This document shows, piece by piece, positions 10,033 through 20,531 of a stretch of DNA of 64,000 nucleotides. How positions within the stretch are numbered: position 1 is the first letter of the stretch; the number at the start of each line of letters is the position of its first letter. Source of the stretch: an uncultured delta proteobacterium (GTDB taxonomy: Bacteria > Desulfobacterota > Syntrophia > Syntrophales > UBA2185); NCBI GenBank assembly GCA_963695875.1, contig CAVOID010000012.1:1-64000 (forward strand), read 5' to 3'. Below the pieces are notes generated by a model. That model did not search any database. It had not been told where the DNA came from and saw nothing but the letters and a program-made list of their open reading frames with translations. A program made the position numbers and the translations under genes.

Positions 10033-11000
10033 AATTGCCTTTGCATCATGAGCTCAAGTAATTGTCTTCTTCAGCGCCACGACCGCTTCGGGATGATACA
10101 TGATCAGGATGTCGGCGCCGGCATAGAGGAGGCTTAGCGCCGTGGACAGTTCCCAGAGGGCGGCGCGCTTTCCCAGATTCGCCCCAGGCCGGGAAGTCGG
10201 CCTCCGTGGCCCGGTACTCCTTGATCTTGGCGCACTCCTGGCCGGGCGAGACGATCATCGGCGCGGCCAGCATCTTGTCGCCGCCCAGGCCGGTCAGGCG
10301 GATCCGCTCCATGACGGAGTAGGTGTATTCGATGCCGTAGCCGATCGCACCGGTCATCGGGTCCATGACGATCTGCTCCGGCTTGACGTCCATGTTGGTC
10401 AGCAGGATGTTCATCTGCTTGCCGATGTTGACGTCGATGGGGCTCTGGGCGACGACGCAGTGGCCGTAGGCCATGGCCGCGCCGGCGATGGTGCGGTAGT
10501 TGTCCTGCTCCACCCAGTTGAGCAGCAGGTTCTCGCCGGCGCAGGCCTGCGCGACGGCCTTCAGCACTTCGTTGTTCTTGTCGAAATGGTTGTGGCCGGT
10601 GACGATCAGCGGCACATCCACCGCGGCCAGCACCGCCTTGACGAGTTCGACGGCCTCCTCCGGCGTGCGGTTGCCCTTTTCCGGATGCGTGCCTTCGAGG
10701 CGCACGCTGATGAGGTCGGCGCCGTATTTTTCGACGCAGACCTTGGCCATCTCCGCCGGGCTGGTTCAGGAGATCGCCGTAGATATCTCGCAGGACAGCG
10801 GGATATTTCTCGCTGATCCAGTCGAAGACTTCCATCGCCACGAGCGGACGGTTCGGCATTTCGCCTTCCCAGAGGTGGAAGGGCATGCAGTCGGCCCCGC
10901 CGATCGGTAACGTGCGGCCGCGGGTGCCGCCTGATGTTCCTCGTCGCGCCGAGCGTGACCGTGCCAGATGGGGACCTCGCATGCGTTTCCCGGCGGATAG
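10033..11000 (-). CDS. acsD: Corrinoid iron-sulfur protein small subunit (CODH/ACS delta), frameshifted; boundaries approximate
   Basis: GGTRGRTLPIGG, VAMEVFD, SPIDVNIGKQMNILL, GYGIEYTYSVMERIRL, GADILIMYHP. Confidence 0.9.
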
Positions 11001-11099
11001 GCGGAAGTGTCGGTGACGGCGTTGCAGGTTCGGCTCGCTGGGGCAGGGCATGCGGTCTGCGTGATGGACCGGTGCTCGCTCGATCGCCGAGGCACTTCT

Positions 11100-13465
11100 G
11101 GTGCCCTGATTCCTACGATCTGATTGTCACGACGCGGTAGCTCGATGGCTTCTTCCGCGATCGCTTCGATCGTGACGGCACGGCTGACTGCGGCCTGCGG
11201 GCTGCGCAGGGACGGCTCCGTGGCTCGGGGCCGCAGCCGGGTGCGGACGCTGCGGCAGCTGGCGATAGATGGCCATGTCGTCCATCTCCAGCGCCGGGTG
11301 ATCGACCTTCTCCATGATATTCCCGGATTGCGTGCGCATCGGTGGCGACGGTCTCATCGGCGATCTTGTCCAGCAGATCCGGCGCACCCTGCTCGGCGAA
11401 ACGCTTCTTCAGATCGGCGAGCGAGGAGCTCCTTGAGTTCCTTCGGCATCCAGACGAGGCGCTTGAAGCCGCCCTTCCGCCGCAAGGAACTTGCGGGAGG
11501 TCAGGAACACCTTGCCGCACGCCCATGAAGCCCGGGGTCTGCTGGCCGCCGCCGACGCTGCCGGCCAGCGTGGAGAAGGTCATGCCCACGGGCGTCTCGC
11601 CCGTGGAACTCGCGGTTGACGACCATGACGCCGTTGCACTCGGGCACATAGGCGCAGATGGCCTCGAAGCAGCCGCAGCTGGTCATCGGCCGGTCCATGA
11701 TCGAGTAGGCGCAGAACGCCGTCGACGGTCTTGTGGCTGTTGGCGTAGACGTACTCGTTGATGCCCTTCCAGATGCCCCTGACCGGGTCGAGGCACTCGC
11801 CCTTCTTGACGGGCTGGTTCGGGCCGGTCTCGTCGATCTCGTAGGCCGCCTTGCCGTCCAGCCAGTTGTAGGCGCCGCAGAGCCCCAGCCGCTCCGGCGT
11901 GATGACGCAGACGTGGTTGGGCGCGAAGGACTGGCAGAGCAGGCAGGAGTAGAAGGTGTCCACCGACTCGTCGGTCATCGACTCCAGCCGGCGGTTGCGC
12001 TCGTCGTAGACCTTGCGGGCGACCGCCAGGCGCCGCTCCACCTCCGCCGCGTCGGTGATCAGCGTGACCTTCACCTTGTCCACGATGGCCGGGTAGTCGG
12101 ACAGGAACTTGGCGTGGAGGATCTCGCCGTAGTGCCGCAGCCGCAGGCCCTTGGCGAAGCCGCTCTTGCGAGATGCGCGTCCAGACGATGTCGCGCTGGC
12201 CCATGTGCCAGATGCCCTCGGCGCCGTTGACCAGGTGGTGGATCTGCCGCTCGAGGATCGGCTCGAAGTCGGGCTGCATCTTGCGGCCCGCCACCTCCAC
12301 CCAGATGGCCAGCGGCAGGCCGCCGCCGGGCTCGACGTCGTCGATGTCCGGGCCGATGACCTCGATCTCGCCGTCGTCGATCTCGTCCATGTCCACGCTG
12401 GTCACGAACTCGAAGGCCGTGGTCCGGTTGCCGCCGAACTCGACGTGGGCGTCCGCCTTGCGGATGCGCTCGCCCTCGAAGGCCGGGCCGTAGGGCACGG
12501 GGATCGGCACCTTGGTGATCTTGATCTTGCAGCCGCGCACCTCCAGGGCCTTCTCCACCATCGTCTCGTAGGGCACGTTGGAGACGACGTGCTCGTAGGT
12601 GCAGACGCCGGTGGGCAGGATCTGCGGGATGTCGGTGTCGGCGATGACGGGGAAGCCGTAGTTGATCGCCCCGGCCGCGGCGGCGTACTTCTCGGCGTCA
12701 CCTCGCCGAGGGCCAGCACGAAGGCGAAGATGCGGTTCTTGTTGTATCGGAGGTTGGCCGTCGAAGTCGCCGGGCTTGACGCCGCCGAAGGAGAGGGCCG
12801 CGCGGTTGGCGAAGCCCAGGGCGTAGATCAGGGCGGAGACGTCCCTGCCGAAGGGCACCAGGCGGGTCTCCCAGCCGAGCTGCACGCCTTCCTCGGCCAG
12901 CTGCTCGGCGAACTGCTTGCCGTTGGTGCCGCCCGCCCATGAAGACGTAGAGGTTCTTCTCCTGGAGCTCGCGGGCGATCTGGACGGCGATCTCGTTGGT
13001 CGGGCGCCGCGCCGATGACGGCGGCGAAGCCGGGGGCCGTGCCGTCCACGAACTCGATGCCGCGCTCGCGCATGATGACGTCGTTGGCCGCGCCCAGCCA
13101 GATGCCCGTCGACCGGGTTGGGGCCGATCAGCGTACTTGCAGGCCTCGATGATCTCGCAGGCGAACAGCGTGGCCACACCGGCGTCGAGCGTGTTGCCCA
13201 GATAGGGCAGCCAGACCTTCGTCCGAGGGGCGGGCGGCAGCAGCTCTTTGGCCCGCCGCAGGATCGGCCGGCAGGTCGCCCAGCGTCTCCACCTTCTCGC
13301 CCGGTGAAGGAGTAGATCACCGGCAGGAAATAGGCCGTATCCGGGAAAGCCGACGGGCCACGTCTCGCCCTTTGGCGCGATGGCCTGGTTCAGAGCGTTG
13401 CCTCGGCCTCGGCGACCCAATTCCATGGCCCCGTCGATGGCGCTCGAACAGATGATCTTAGACAT
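11100..13465 (-). CDS. acsB: Acetyl-CoA synthase (CODH/ACS beta), frameshifted; 3' end uncertain
   Basis: Start MSKIICSSAIDGA; GPAFEGERIRK, FYSCLLCQSFAPNHVC, ERLGLCGAYNWLD, PMTSCGCFE, GGGQQTPGF. Confidence 0.93.
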
Positions 13466-15423
13466 CGAGCTCTCCTCCTGTCCTTCATGTCGTAGAGCTT
13501 GCGCTCGGCCTTCCGGTTGATGCCCAGGCGTCTCGCGCTTTCGCTCGAGAAGATCGATCATCAGCGTCCACCGCCCGGAGCGGGTCTTCGCAGACGTGGA
13601 ACGAGGCGCCGAACAGCTCCTTCGTCTCCTCGTTGAGGAAGCGGGTGACGTTCTCCGAGCCGCCGATGTGGAACGGGATGGCCCAGGACGACGTCGATGC
13701 CCGAGGCCACGAAATAGCAGCCGATGGCGACGGCCTTTTCGCTCATCCATTCGGGGGCCACGCCCACCGCCGGGCATCTGCGACAGGTCGTCGCCCAGGC
13801 CGCCCTCGAGCACGACCTCGGTCGCCGCCTCCAGGATGCGGGAGTTGTCCACGCAGCTGCCCATGTGCAGCACCGGCGGGATGCCGACGGCCTCGCAGAC
13901 CTCGCGCAGGCCCGGCGCCGGCCACCTCCAGCGCCGCTTCGGGCGTGAGCATGCCCTCCTTGGCCGAGGCGATGGCCGCGCAGCCGGTCTTGAGCACCAG
14001 GACGTTGCGCTTGATCAGCTCCCGGGTCAGCGTGTTGATGTAGGCGTCCACTCTTGTCCTTGGGATTGTTGCAGCCGACGATGCCGACGACGCCCCTGAT
14101 GCGGCCCTGGATGATGGCGTCGTTGAGCGGCCGGAAGGACGCCCGGAAGCGGCCGCCCAGCATGTACTTGATGGCCTCCACGCTGAAGCCCGCCACCAGC
14201 GGCTTTTTGACATCCGGGATGGCGACCTTCTCCGGATCGCGGTTCTTGAAATTGTCGATGGCCCGGCGGATCAGGGCTCTTGGCCGCTGGCAAGCGCGTT
14301 GTCCTCGTCGAAAGTGATATGGGTCGGCGCCGATGGTCTTGGCGATGTCCGCTGGTGGAGACGATCTCCGTATGGTAGCTCCGGGCCACGTCGGGCAGGC
14401 TCGGCATGCAGCACTGCACGTCGATGATCATCATCTCCACCGCGCCGGTGACGATGGCCAGCTCCTGCTGGAGGAAGTTGCCCGCCACCGGGATGCCGTG
14501 GCGCATGAGGATCTCGTTGGCCGTGCAGCAGATGCCGGCGAGGGTGATGCCCTCGGCGCCGGCCTGCTTTGGCATAGGCCTCGATCTCCGGGTCGCGCGA
14601 GGCGACGGCGAGCATCTCCGGAGAGCGCCGGCTCGTGGCCGTGGACGAGGATGTTGACCGTGTCTTCGCCCGAGCACGCCGAGGTTGGCGTTGCTGCGCA
14701 CCGGCGACGGCGTGCCGAAGAGGATGTCCGACACGATGCGTGGCGATGCGCGAGCCGCCCCAGCCGTCGGCCAGGGCCGTGCGGAAGGCCTGCAGCAGGA
14801 TGTTGCGGTAGTCGTGGTCCACGCCCATGTGCGTGCGGTGCAGGGACTCGACGACCATGCGGTCGATGCCCAGCGGCGTTACGGCCTGGTCCCGCCAGAC
14901 GCCCTGCCGCCTGCACGGGGGAGAGACGGAGCGTCGACAGGGATTCTTCCTGGAGCGTGAATTCTTCCAGGAGCAGGTCGGCCAGCTCCAGGGCAACCGC
15001 CTCTTTCGTGCGTCCCGCCTCCTCGATGCCATAGCCTTTCGCTATGCGGCGGAGGGCCTTTTCATCCTTGATCCGTAATCACCGCTGCGGCCTTCCGCCG
15101 CCTTCTTCAGCAGCAGCACGAGGTGCCGGCCGTGATCGGAGTGGGCGGCCGTTCCGCCGGCGACCTCGCGCAGGAAGTTGCGGGCCACGATGGTGTCGGC
15201 GTCGGCCCCGCAGACGCCGCGCGGGGACTTCGGCGTGATCCGGCAGGGCCCCATGTAGCAGATGCGGCAGCAGAGGCCTTCGGCGCCGAACCGGCAAGGG
15301 GTTCGGCTGTGCATCCAGGCGAGTGAAGCAGGTATCGATGCAGTCCTTCTCCGCCTTGATCAACGCCTCCATCGACGCCTTGTCCCAGACACGATCTTGT
15401 GGTTTCTTTATTTTTTTGGTCAT
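13458..15423 (-). CDS. cooS: Anaerobic Ni-CO dehydrogenase catalytic subunit, frameshifted
   Basis: PCRFGAEGLCCRICYMGPCRI, GVCGAD, AAHSDHGRH, HGHEP, GICCTANE, DVQC, GCNNP, HMGSCVDNSR, PEWMSEKA. Confidence 0.93.
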
Positions 15424-15504
15424 TGAACTGCCGCTATTAAAAGCAAGAAACGTCAAAAAGCAAAATGTAAATAAAAATATTAATTTTAAAATTTACATTA
15501 TGCA

Positions 15505-16262
15505 TTATATTTTTTCCAGTATCCTGTCCAGTCCGATCAATACCTGGATTGTCCGGTGACAGGTTTCTCAGATTCCCGCTTTTCTCCGATATGGTCAAGA
15601 TATCTTCATCTTCGGGGAGGCCTACGATGATGTCGGCTCCCGTGGCGAGTCTTGAGGTCTTCCGCGCCTGCGGGCAACTCTTGCCGCCGGAGGCGGTTGA
15701 CGACAATAGCGAGACGGTCGTAGGCGATTTCCATCTCACCGGCCAGGGCATGGAGCCTTTTGACAGTCTCGAAACCGCGAACCGTCGGATCGGTAACCAT
15801 GATCAGGAGATTTACCTTATTAACGATGCGTCTGGAGAGATTCTCCAGACCCGCTTCGTTGTCCAGGACCACACAGGGATACTGATTGACCATCTCGTTC
15901 AGAACGGCCTTAAGCACATTATTGGCATAGCAGTAACAGCCCGGCCCCTCGGAACGCCCCATGGCGATCAGGTCGAAATCATCGCTCTCCACAATACTCT
16001 CTGCGATTCGGAGTTGCAGAAAACGCTTTTTGTCCATGCCCCGGACTTTGCCCTCCTGCGTGAATTTCCGGGCATCCTCACGGACGCCGCCGACGGTCTT
16101 CAGCACCTTTACCCCCAGGGCCGCATCGAGGCAGGTATTGGGATCGGCATCGACGGCCAGCACGGGACGGCATCCCCGCTGGATGAGGCGCATTACCGTT
16201 AGCGCCGCCACGGTTGTCTTTCCCACACCGCCTTTTCCTGCAACTGCGATCAGGTTACTCAT
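15505..16262 (-). CDS. cooC: CooC/AcsF-type nickel-insertion ATPase (C-terminal frameshifts)
   Basis: GKGGVGKTT Walker A, VDADPN, GPGCYC, DNEAGLENLSR. Confidence 0.88.
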
Positions 16263-16387
16263 GACTGGGCCTCAAGGTTTCTTAAAATGTCTTCAAAACA
16301 ACGAAGCAGGTCAGCGGGCAGATCGTCCAGGGCGGCAGCCAGCGTTGTTTTACCGGCGCCCCCTTTTCCGGAGATAGCAAGCTTCAT
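16259..16387 (-). pseudogene. cooC: Internally deleted second cooC (42 aa)
   Basis: Translates MKLAISGKGGAGKTTLAAALDDLPADLLRCFEDILRNLEAQS*, with an AAGGA RBS; its stop overlaps the next cooC start. Confidence 0.75.
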
Positions 16388-16455
16388 AGAATAATCCTTA
16401 TGGATTCAATGCAAAATTCAAAAAACAAAATCTATGTTTTGGATAATCCACATAT

Positions 16456-16561
16456 TGTCATTCGACCGAAGGGAGAAATCTAATGAACCACTGATAAATG
16501 ATAAGATTGCCACGTCGCTTCGCTCCTCGCAATGACATCAGGGAAAGTTTTCAGAAGTCTC
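16456..16561. repeat. REP/MITE-like palindromic element, copy C
   Basis: TGTCATTCGACCGAAGGGAGAAATCT...AGATTGCCACGTCGCTTCGCTCCTCGCAATGACA...TTTTCAGAAGTCTC. Confidence 0.75.
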
Positions 16562-16603
16562 ATTTTACCCCCGGATATTTGACTTTTCATTTTGACTTTT
16601 GCT

Positions 16604-17674
16604 TTATTTGTGTTTTTCTTTCATCCTTATGGAAAGCTCTGCCAGTCTGTCATATACCATCTTCGCGTCCTCAGGCGTCAGGGAGCCGGTGCCGCAGGAG
16701 GGCGTCAGCAACGCCTGATCGGCAATGATCTGCTTTTCGATGCCCTTGGAAGCCAGGTTATCCATCAGTCCTTCAAGGCGATCGGCAAGTTTCTCCGCAG
16801 TCTGTTCCCGGATAGCTGTTGATGTGGGCACAATCCCCCAGGCAAGTGCACCGCCACTTGCCAGATATCTTTTGACGGCCCCGGCATACATGGCGATTGT
16901 CTCACCGTACTGGAAGGCATCGAAGCTGATGATATCAACGCCGGCGTCGATGGGAATACTCCACTCCGTGTTGCCGCAGCAGTGCATGCCGGCTATACCT
17001 CTTTCGGCGTGTACGGCATCGGTCATATCCGTGAGCAAACTGATGACATCGTCCCGGCGGACGGACACGTAAGTGGAACTGCCAAAGGCGGACAGGATGG
17101 GCTCATCGATAAAGCAGATCACCTGCTTGGCATATGGCCTGAATGTCCGGATCTGCCAGCGGGAGATCATGGCCAGTGTTTTTACGATCATGTCACGGAA
17201 TTCTTCATTGTAATAGATCGCCCGCTTTTTTTCATCCACGACTGTGAGCGCAAAGCTACACGGGCCTGTAACCTGACATTTGAGGAAGGGCAGATTCATA
17301 TCCTGCAGCCGCAGCTTCTTTTCCAGCGCGTGAATTCCACGGGAGAAGGCCGGACTGACGGCTACCGCCGCAAAGTCACCGTTTCCTTCTTCCGGGTTCA
17401 TGGCCAGGAGGTAGGTCTCGTAGAATTGGGCGAAAGCCTCGGAGTAATCGCCGGATGTATCGAAATAGAGGCGGTTCTTTCCCCGGTCGATAACGGTGCA
17501 AGGCATGTGTTCGGAAAACTGGATTTCCATCTGCTCATAGAGCCCAAGCCTGGGTAATTGCGGCCAGTGCGGAGCTTCCGGCAGTTTGGAAAGGATCAGG
17601 TCGACGGCTTGTTCCGGATCATCAAAAGGCATGCTGCCTATCGCGGTCGCCAGAAACTGCGGTCTAACGATCAT
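16604..17674 (-). CDS. Core (catalytic-domain-only) MetE-like methyltransferase, MesB-like
   Basis: TAIGSMP, WPQLP, KCQVTGP, DEP, HCCG, SFDA, WGIVPT and TPSCG motifs; 356 aa with no folate-binding N-terminal half. Confidence 0.75.
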   Translation of the reverse strand: MIVRPQFLATAIGSMPFDDPEQAVDLILSKLPEAPHWPQLPRLGLYEQMEIQFSEHMPCTVIDRGKNRLYFDTSGDYSEAFAQFYETYLLAMNPEEGNGDFAAVAVSPAFSRGIHALEKKLRLQDMNLPFLKCQVTGPCSFALTVVDEKKRAIYYNEEFRDMIVKTLAMISRWQIRTFRPYAKQVICFIDEPILSAFGSSTYVSVRRDDVISLLTDMTDAVHAERGIAGMHCCGNTEWSIPIDAGVDIISFDAFQYGETIAMYAGAVKRYLASGGALAWGIVPTSTAIREQTAEKLADRLEGLMDNLASKGIEKQIIADQALLTPSCGTGSLTPEDAKMVYDRLAELSIRMKEKHK

Positions 17675-17952
17675 GTGCTATGACTCCTCTATCCTTCATT
17701 TCATGTTTTGCACTTTTCATTTATTATTGTGCCACGTCTCCTGATGAGAAGAATTATCCTTGGATTTTTCGGAATTATTTGCCTTCTCAATTGGTTTACA
17801 AAAACCTCATGCAGGGTTCAGGGATCATTAACTAAGTATATAGCCTTACCATGCGAATGGAATTACTGACATCGAGATTACCAGAAGCCATTTGCAAATA
17901 CGGATGATTGAAAAAAGTGCCTCTTGGTCGTTGCGTCTCGCTAAATGGGATG

Positions 17953-19638
17953 TCAGGAATTTCCAGGGGTAGTAATGCCTGTGATATTCCCGTCGTCGTC
18001 GATATCGATGTGATAGGCCGCCGGTGCTTTCGAAAGGCCCGGCATGCGCAGTATCTCGCCGGTGATGGGGATGAGGAATCCGGCCCCCGATGCAATCTTG
18101 ATTTCCCGAACAGTGACAATGAAGTCGCTCGGCAGTCCCAGAAGGGCAGGGTTGTCCGAAAGGGACTGCTGGGTTTTGGCGATGCATATCGGGAGTTTAT
18201 CGAAGCCGAATTTCTTGATGAGGTCGAGATTTCGCTTTGCCAGCGGCTGGTAGTCGATGGAAACAGCGCCGTATATCTTACTCGCTATAGTGAAGATCTT
18301 GTCTTCCACCGGCTGGTCCCATTTATAGAGCGACCGGAAGGTGCCGGTTGATTTAGCGATTATATCCGCCGCCTTTTCTGCGAGTTCCAGGCCTCCTTCA
18401 CCGCCAAGACGGAAAATGTCGGCAGGTGCGATATTCATCCCTTCATCTTCCGCCGCCCTGATGACGGCCTGTATCTCCGCATCCGTGTCGGAAGGGAAAC
18501 GATTCAATGCGATGATGCAGGGTACGTTGAACTTACTGATGTTTTCATAGTGTTTCCTCAGATTCGCCATGCCAAGTACCGCCACACGGGGGTTGGGCAC
18601 ATTGAGTTCCTCGCGGGGCACACCGGCGTGATATTTCAAGGCGCGAACCGTTGCCACCAGGACAACGATGCGGGGATTAAAATTTCCGTACGGCGCTACT
18701 ATGTCGAAGAACTTTTCCGCGCCCAGCTCAAAGCCGAACCCCGCCTCAGTCACCACATAATCGGCCAGGCGCAGCGCAAGGTCGGTGCCTATGATACTGT
18801 TTGTTCCCTGGGCGATGTTGGCAAAGGGACCGCCGTGGATGATGGCCGGCACACCTTCTGTGGTCTGAACCAGGTTGGGAAGAAGGGCATGTTTCAGGAG
18901 GGCAGTGACGGCTCCCTCGACCTTCAGATCTCCGGTAATGACCGGTTTATCGTCATAGGTAAAGCCTACCAGGATCTTTCGTATCTTGTCCTTTAATTCC
19001 GCATAAGATCGTGAGAGGCAGAGAATCGCCATGATTTCACTGGAAGGAACGATGTCGAAGCCGGTCTCGCGGGGTACGCCATTTGTGGAACCGCCGAGGC
19101 CGATGACGATATCCCGGAGGGAGCGGTCGTTCATGTCCATCACACGACGCCAGGTGATCTTGCGCGGATCGATATTCAGGGGATTGCCGTGGAATACCGA
19201 GTTGTCAATAAGGGCCGACAGGAGATTGTGGGCGCTCTCCACGGCCGGAAAGTCATTCGTAAAGTGGAGATTAATGTCGTCCACGGGCAGAACGCAGGAC
19301 AGACCGCCGCCGGTAGCGCCGCCTTTGATGCCGAAGACAGGTCCGAGGGACGGCTCGCGGAGAGTGACAATCGTTTGCTTTCCCAGCCTGGCAAGGGCCT
19401 GCGCGAGCCCGATGGATACGGTGGTCTTTCCTTCACCGGCAGGTGTCGGGGTCATTGCGGAAACAAGGATCAGGGAAGCATTTGCCCTGCGTTCGAAGCG
19501 CTTGATCGCCTCGATCCTGACCTTGGCCTTGTAGCGTCCGTAACATTCCAGATCGTCTTCCGTAAGGCCGATAGAGGCTGCGATTTCGGTGATCGGCCTC
19601 AGGCCCTTGATGGCACGTTTTTCTTTTACTTTTCCCAT
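17953..19638 (-). CDS. fhs: Formate--tetrahydrofolate ligase
   Basis: TPTPAGEGKTT, KGGATGGG, HGGPFANIAQG, VTEAGFG, CIAKTQ, MPGL; intact 561 aa. Confidence 0.97.
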   Translation of the reverse strand: MGKVKEKRAIKGLRPITEIAASIGLTEDDLECYGRYKAKVRIEAIKRFERRANASLILVSAMTPTPAGEGKTTVSIGLAQALARLGKQTIVTLREPSLGPVFGIKGGATGGGLSCVLPVDDINLHFTNDFPAVESAHNLLSALIDNSVFHGNPLNIDPRKITWRRVMDMNDRSLRDIVIGLGGSTNGVPRETGFDIVPSSEIMAILCLSRSYAELKDKIRKILVGFTYDDKPVITGDLKVEGAVTALLKHALLPNLVQTTEGVPAIIHGGPFANIAQGTNSIIGTDLALRLADYVVTEAGFGFELGAEKFFDIVAPYGNFNPRIVVLVATVRALKYHAGVPREELNVPNPRVAVLGMANLRKHYENISKFNVPCIIALNRFPSDTDAEIQAVIRAAEDEGMNIAPADIFRLGGEGGLELAEKAADIIAKSTGTFRSLYKWDQPVEDKIFTIASKIYGAVSIDYQPLAKRNLDLIKKFGFDKLPICIAKTQQSLSDNPALLGLPSDFIVTVREIKIASGAGFLIPITGEILRMPGLSKAPAAYHIDIDDDGNITGITTPGNS

Positions 19639-19640
19639 GG

Positions 19641-20180
19641 CTACTTGTTGATCACCGCATCGAACCGGATATCGATATTGTACTCGTCACTGATGCGGGT
19701 GATGGCATTCTTGAGATCGACAATCTTGACGGCCGGCGGCAGGGAAAAATAGCAGATCATTTGAAAAACGTTGGCGCCCGACACGGGATCATGGTCAACG
19801 TTGGTTAATATATCTTCGATGTTGATTCGTCGATCATGAAGGACCTTACAAATTTGATGGATGATTCCCGGACGGTCGATGGATATGGCGATGAGCTTGT
19901 AGGGAATCGACGGCAAGACCTCTCTGTGGAGAGGCGCCTTTGTTTTCCGGACGTAAATGTCAAGACCGGTTTTTTCACGGAGGATGTCCAGGTCATTGAT
20001 CAGTTGTTCGATGTTATCGTTGTTGCCCGAGGTCAGGATGACCATGCCGAATTCATTTCCCAGCACACAGCCGCGCGAGCGCTCGATATTGATGCCGCGC
20101 GCCGAAAAAAATTCCGCGATTTCTCTGACCAGACCGGGACGGTCCGGCCCCATGGATGAAAAAACGACGTATGATCTCAT
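19641..20180 (-). CDS. Tandem ACT-domain protein (GcvR-like)
   Basis: Two ACT repeats: GPDRPGLV...GINI and IDRPGII...INI. Confidence 0.8.
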   Translation of the reverse strand: MRSYVVFSSMGPDRPGLVREIAEFFSARGINIERSRGCVLGNEFGMVILTSGNNDNIEQLINDLDILREKTGLDIYVRKTKAPLHREVLPSIPYKLIAISIDRPGIIHQICKVLHDRRINIEDILTNVDHDPVSGANVFQMICYFSLPPAVKIVDLKNAITRISDEYNIDIRFDAVINK

Positions 20181-20531
20181 ATGTCAACTCCGTAGTTTTT
20201 TTCGTTCATTGTCAATCTGCTTTAAACCTGCCGCGAAGTTGCCTTCAGTTAAGGATACTCGGGTGGCGATATTAATAATTTGTGGAGAGGATGATGCAGC
20301 CAACACCGGCATCCGAATGAAGACTACTTAATATTTTCACATATCTATATTGCGCTGAAGTGTCAAGAAAAGAAATCGGGTCGCTTGTTGCAACCTCTGA
20401 GAGTGCCTGTCAAATTAAGAATTATTTGACCCCGCTGTTCGACTATAATACGGCCAGGCGGGAGGATCATAATATCACTGAGTAGATTTGGCGCCTCGCC
20501 AGACATTATTTGTTGTCTAAGGTAAAAGCTA

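Noticed and set aside
8666..15326. Many long overlapping plus-strand and alternative-frame ORFs
   Set aside because: Shadow ORFs of GC3-rich acs/cooS genes; no recognisable domains
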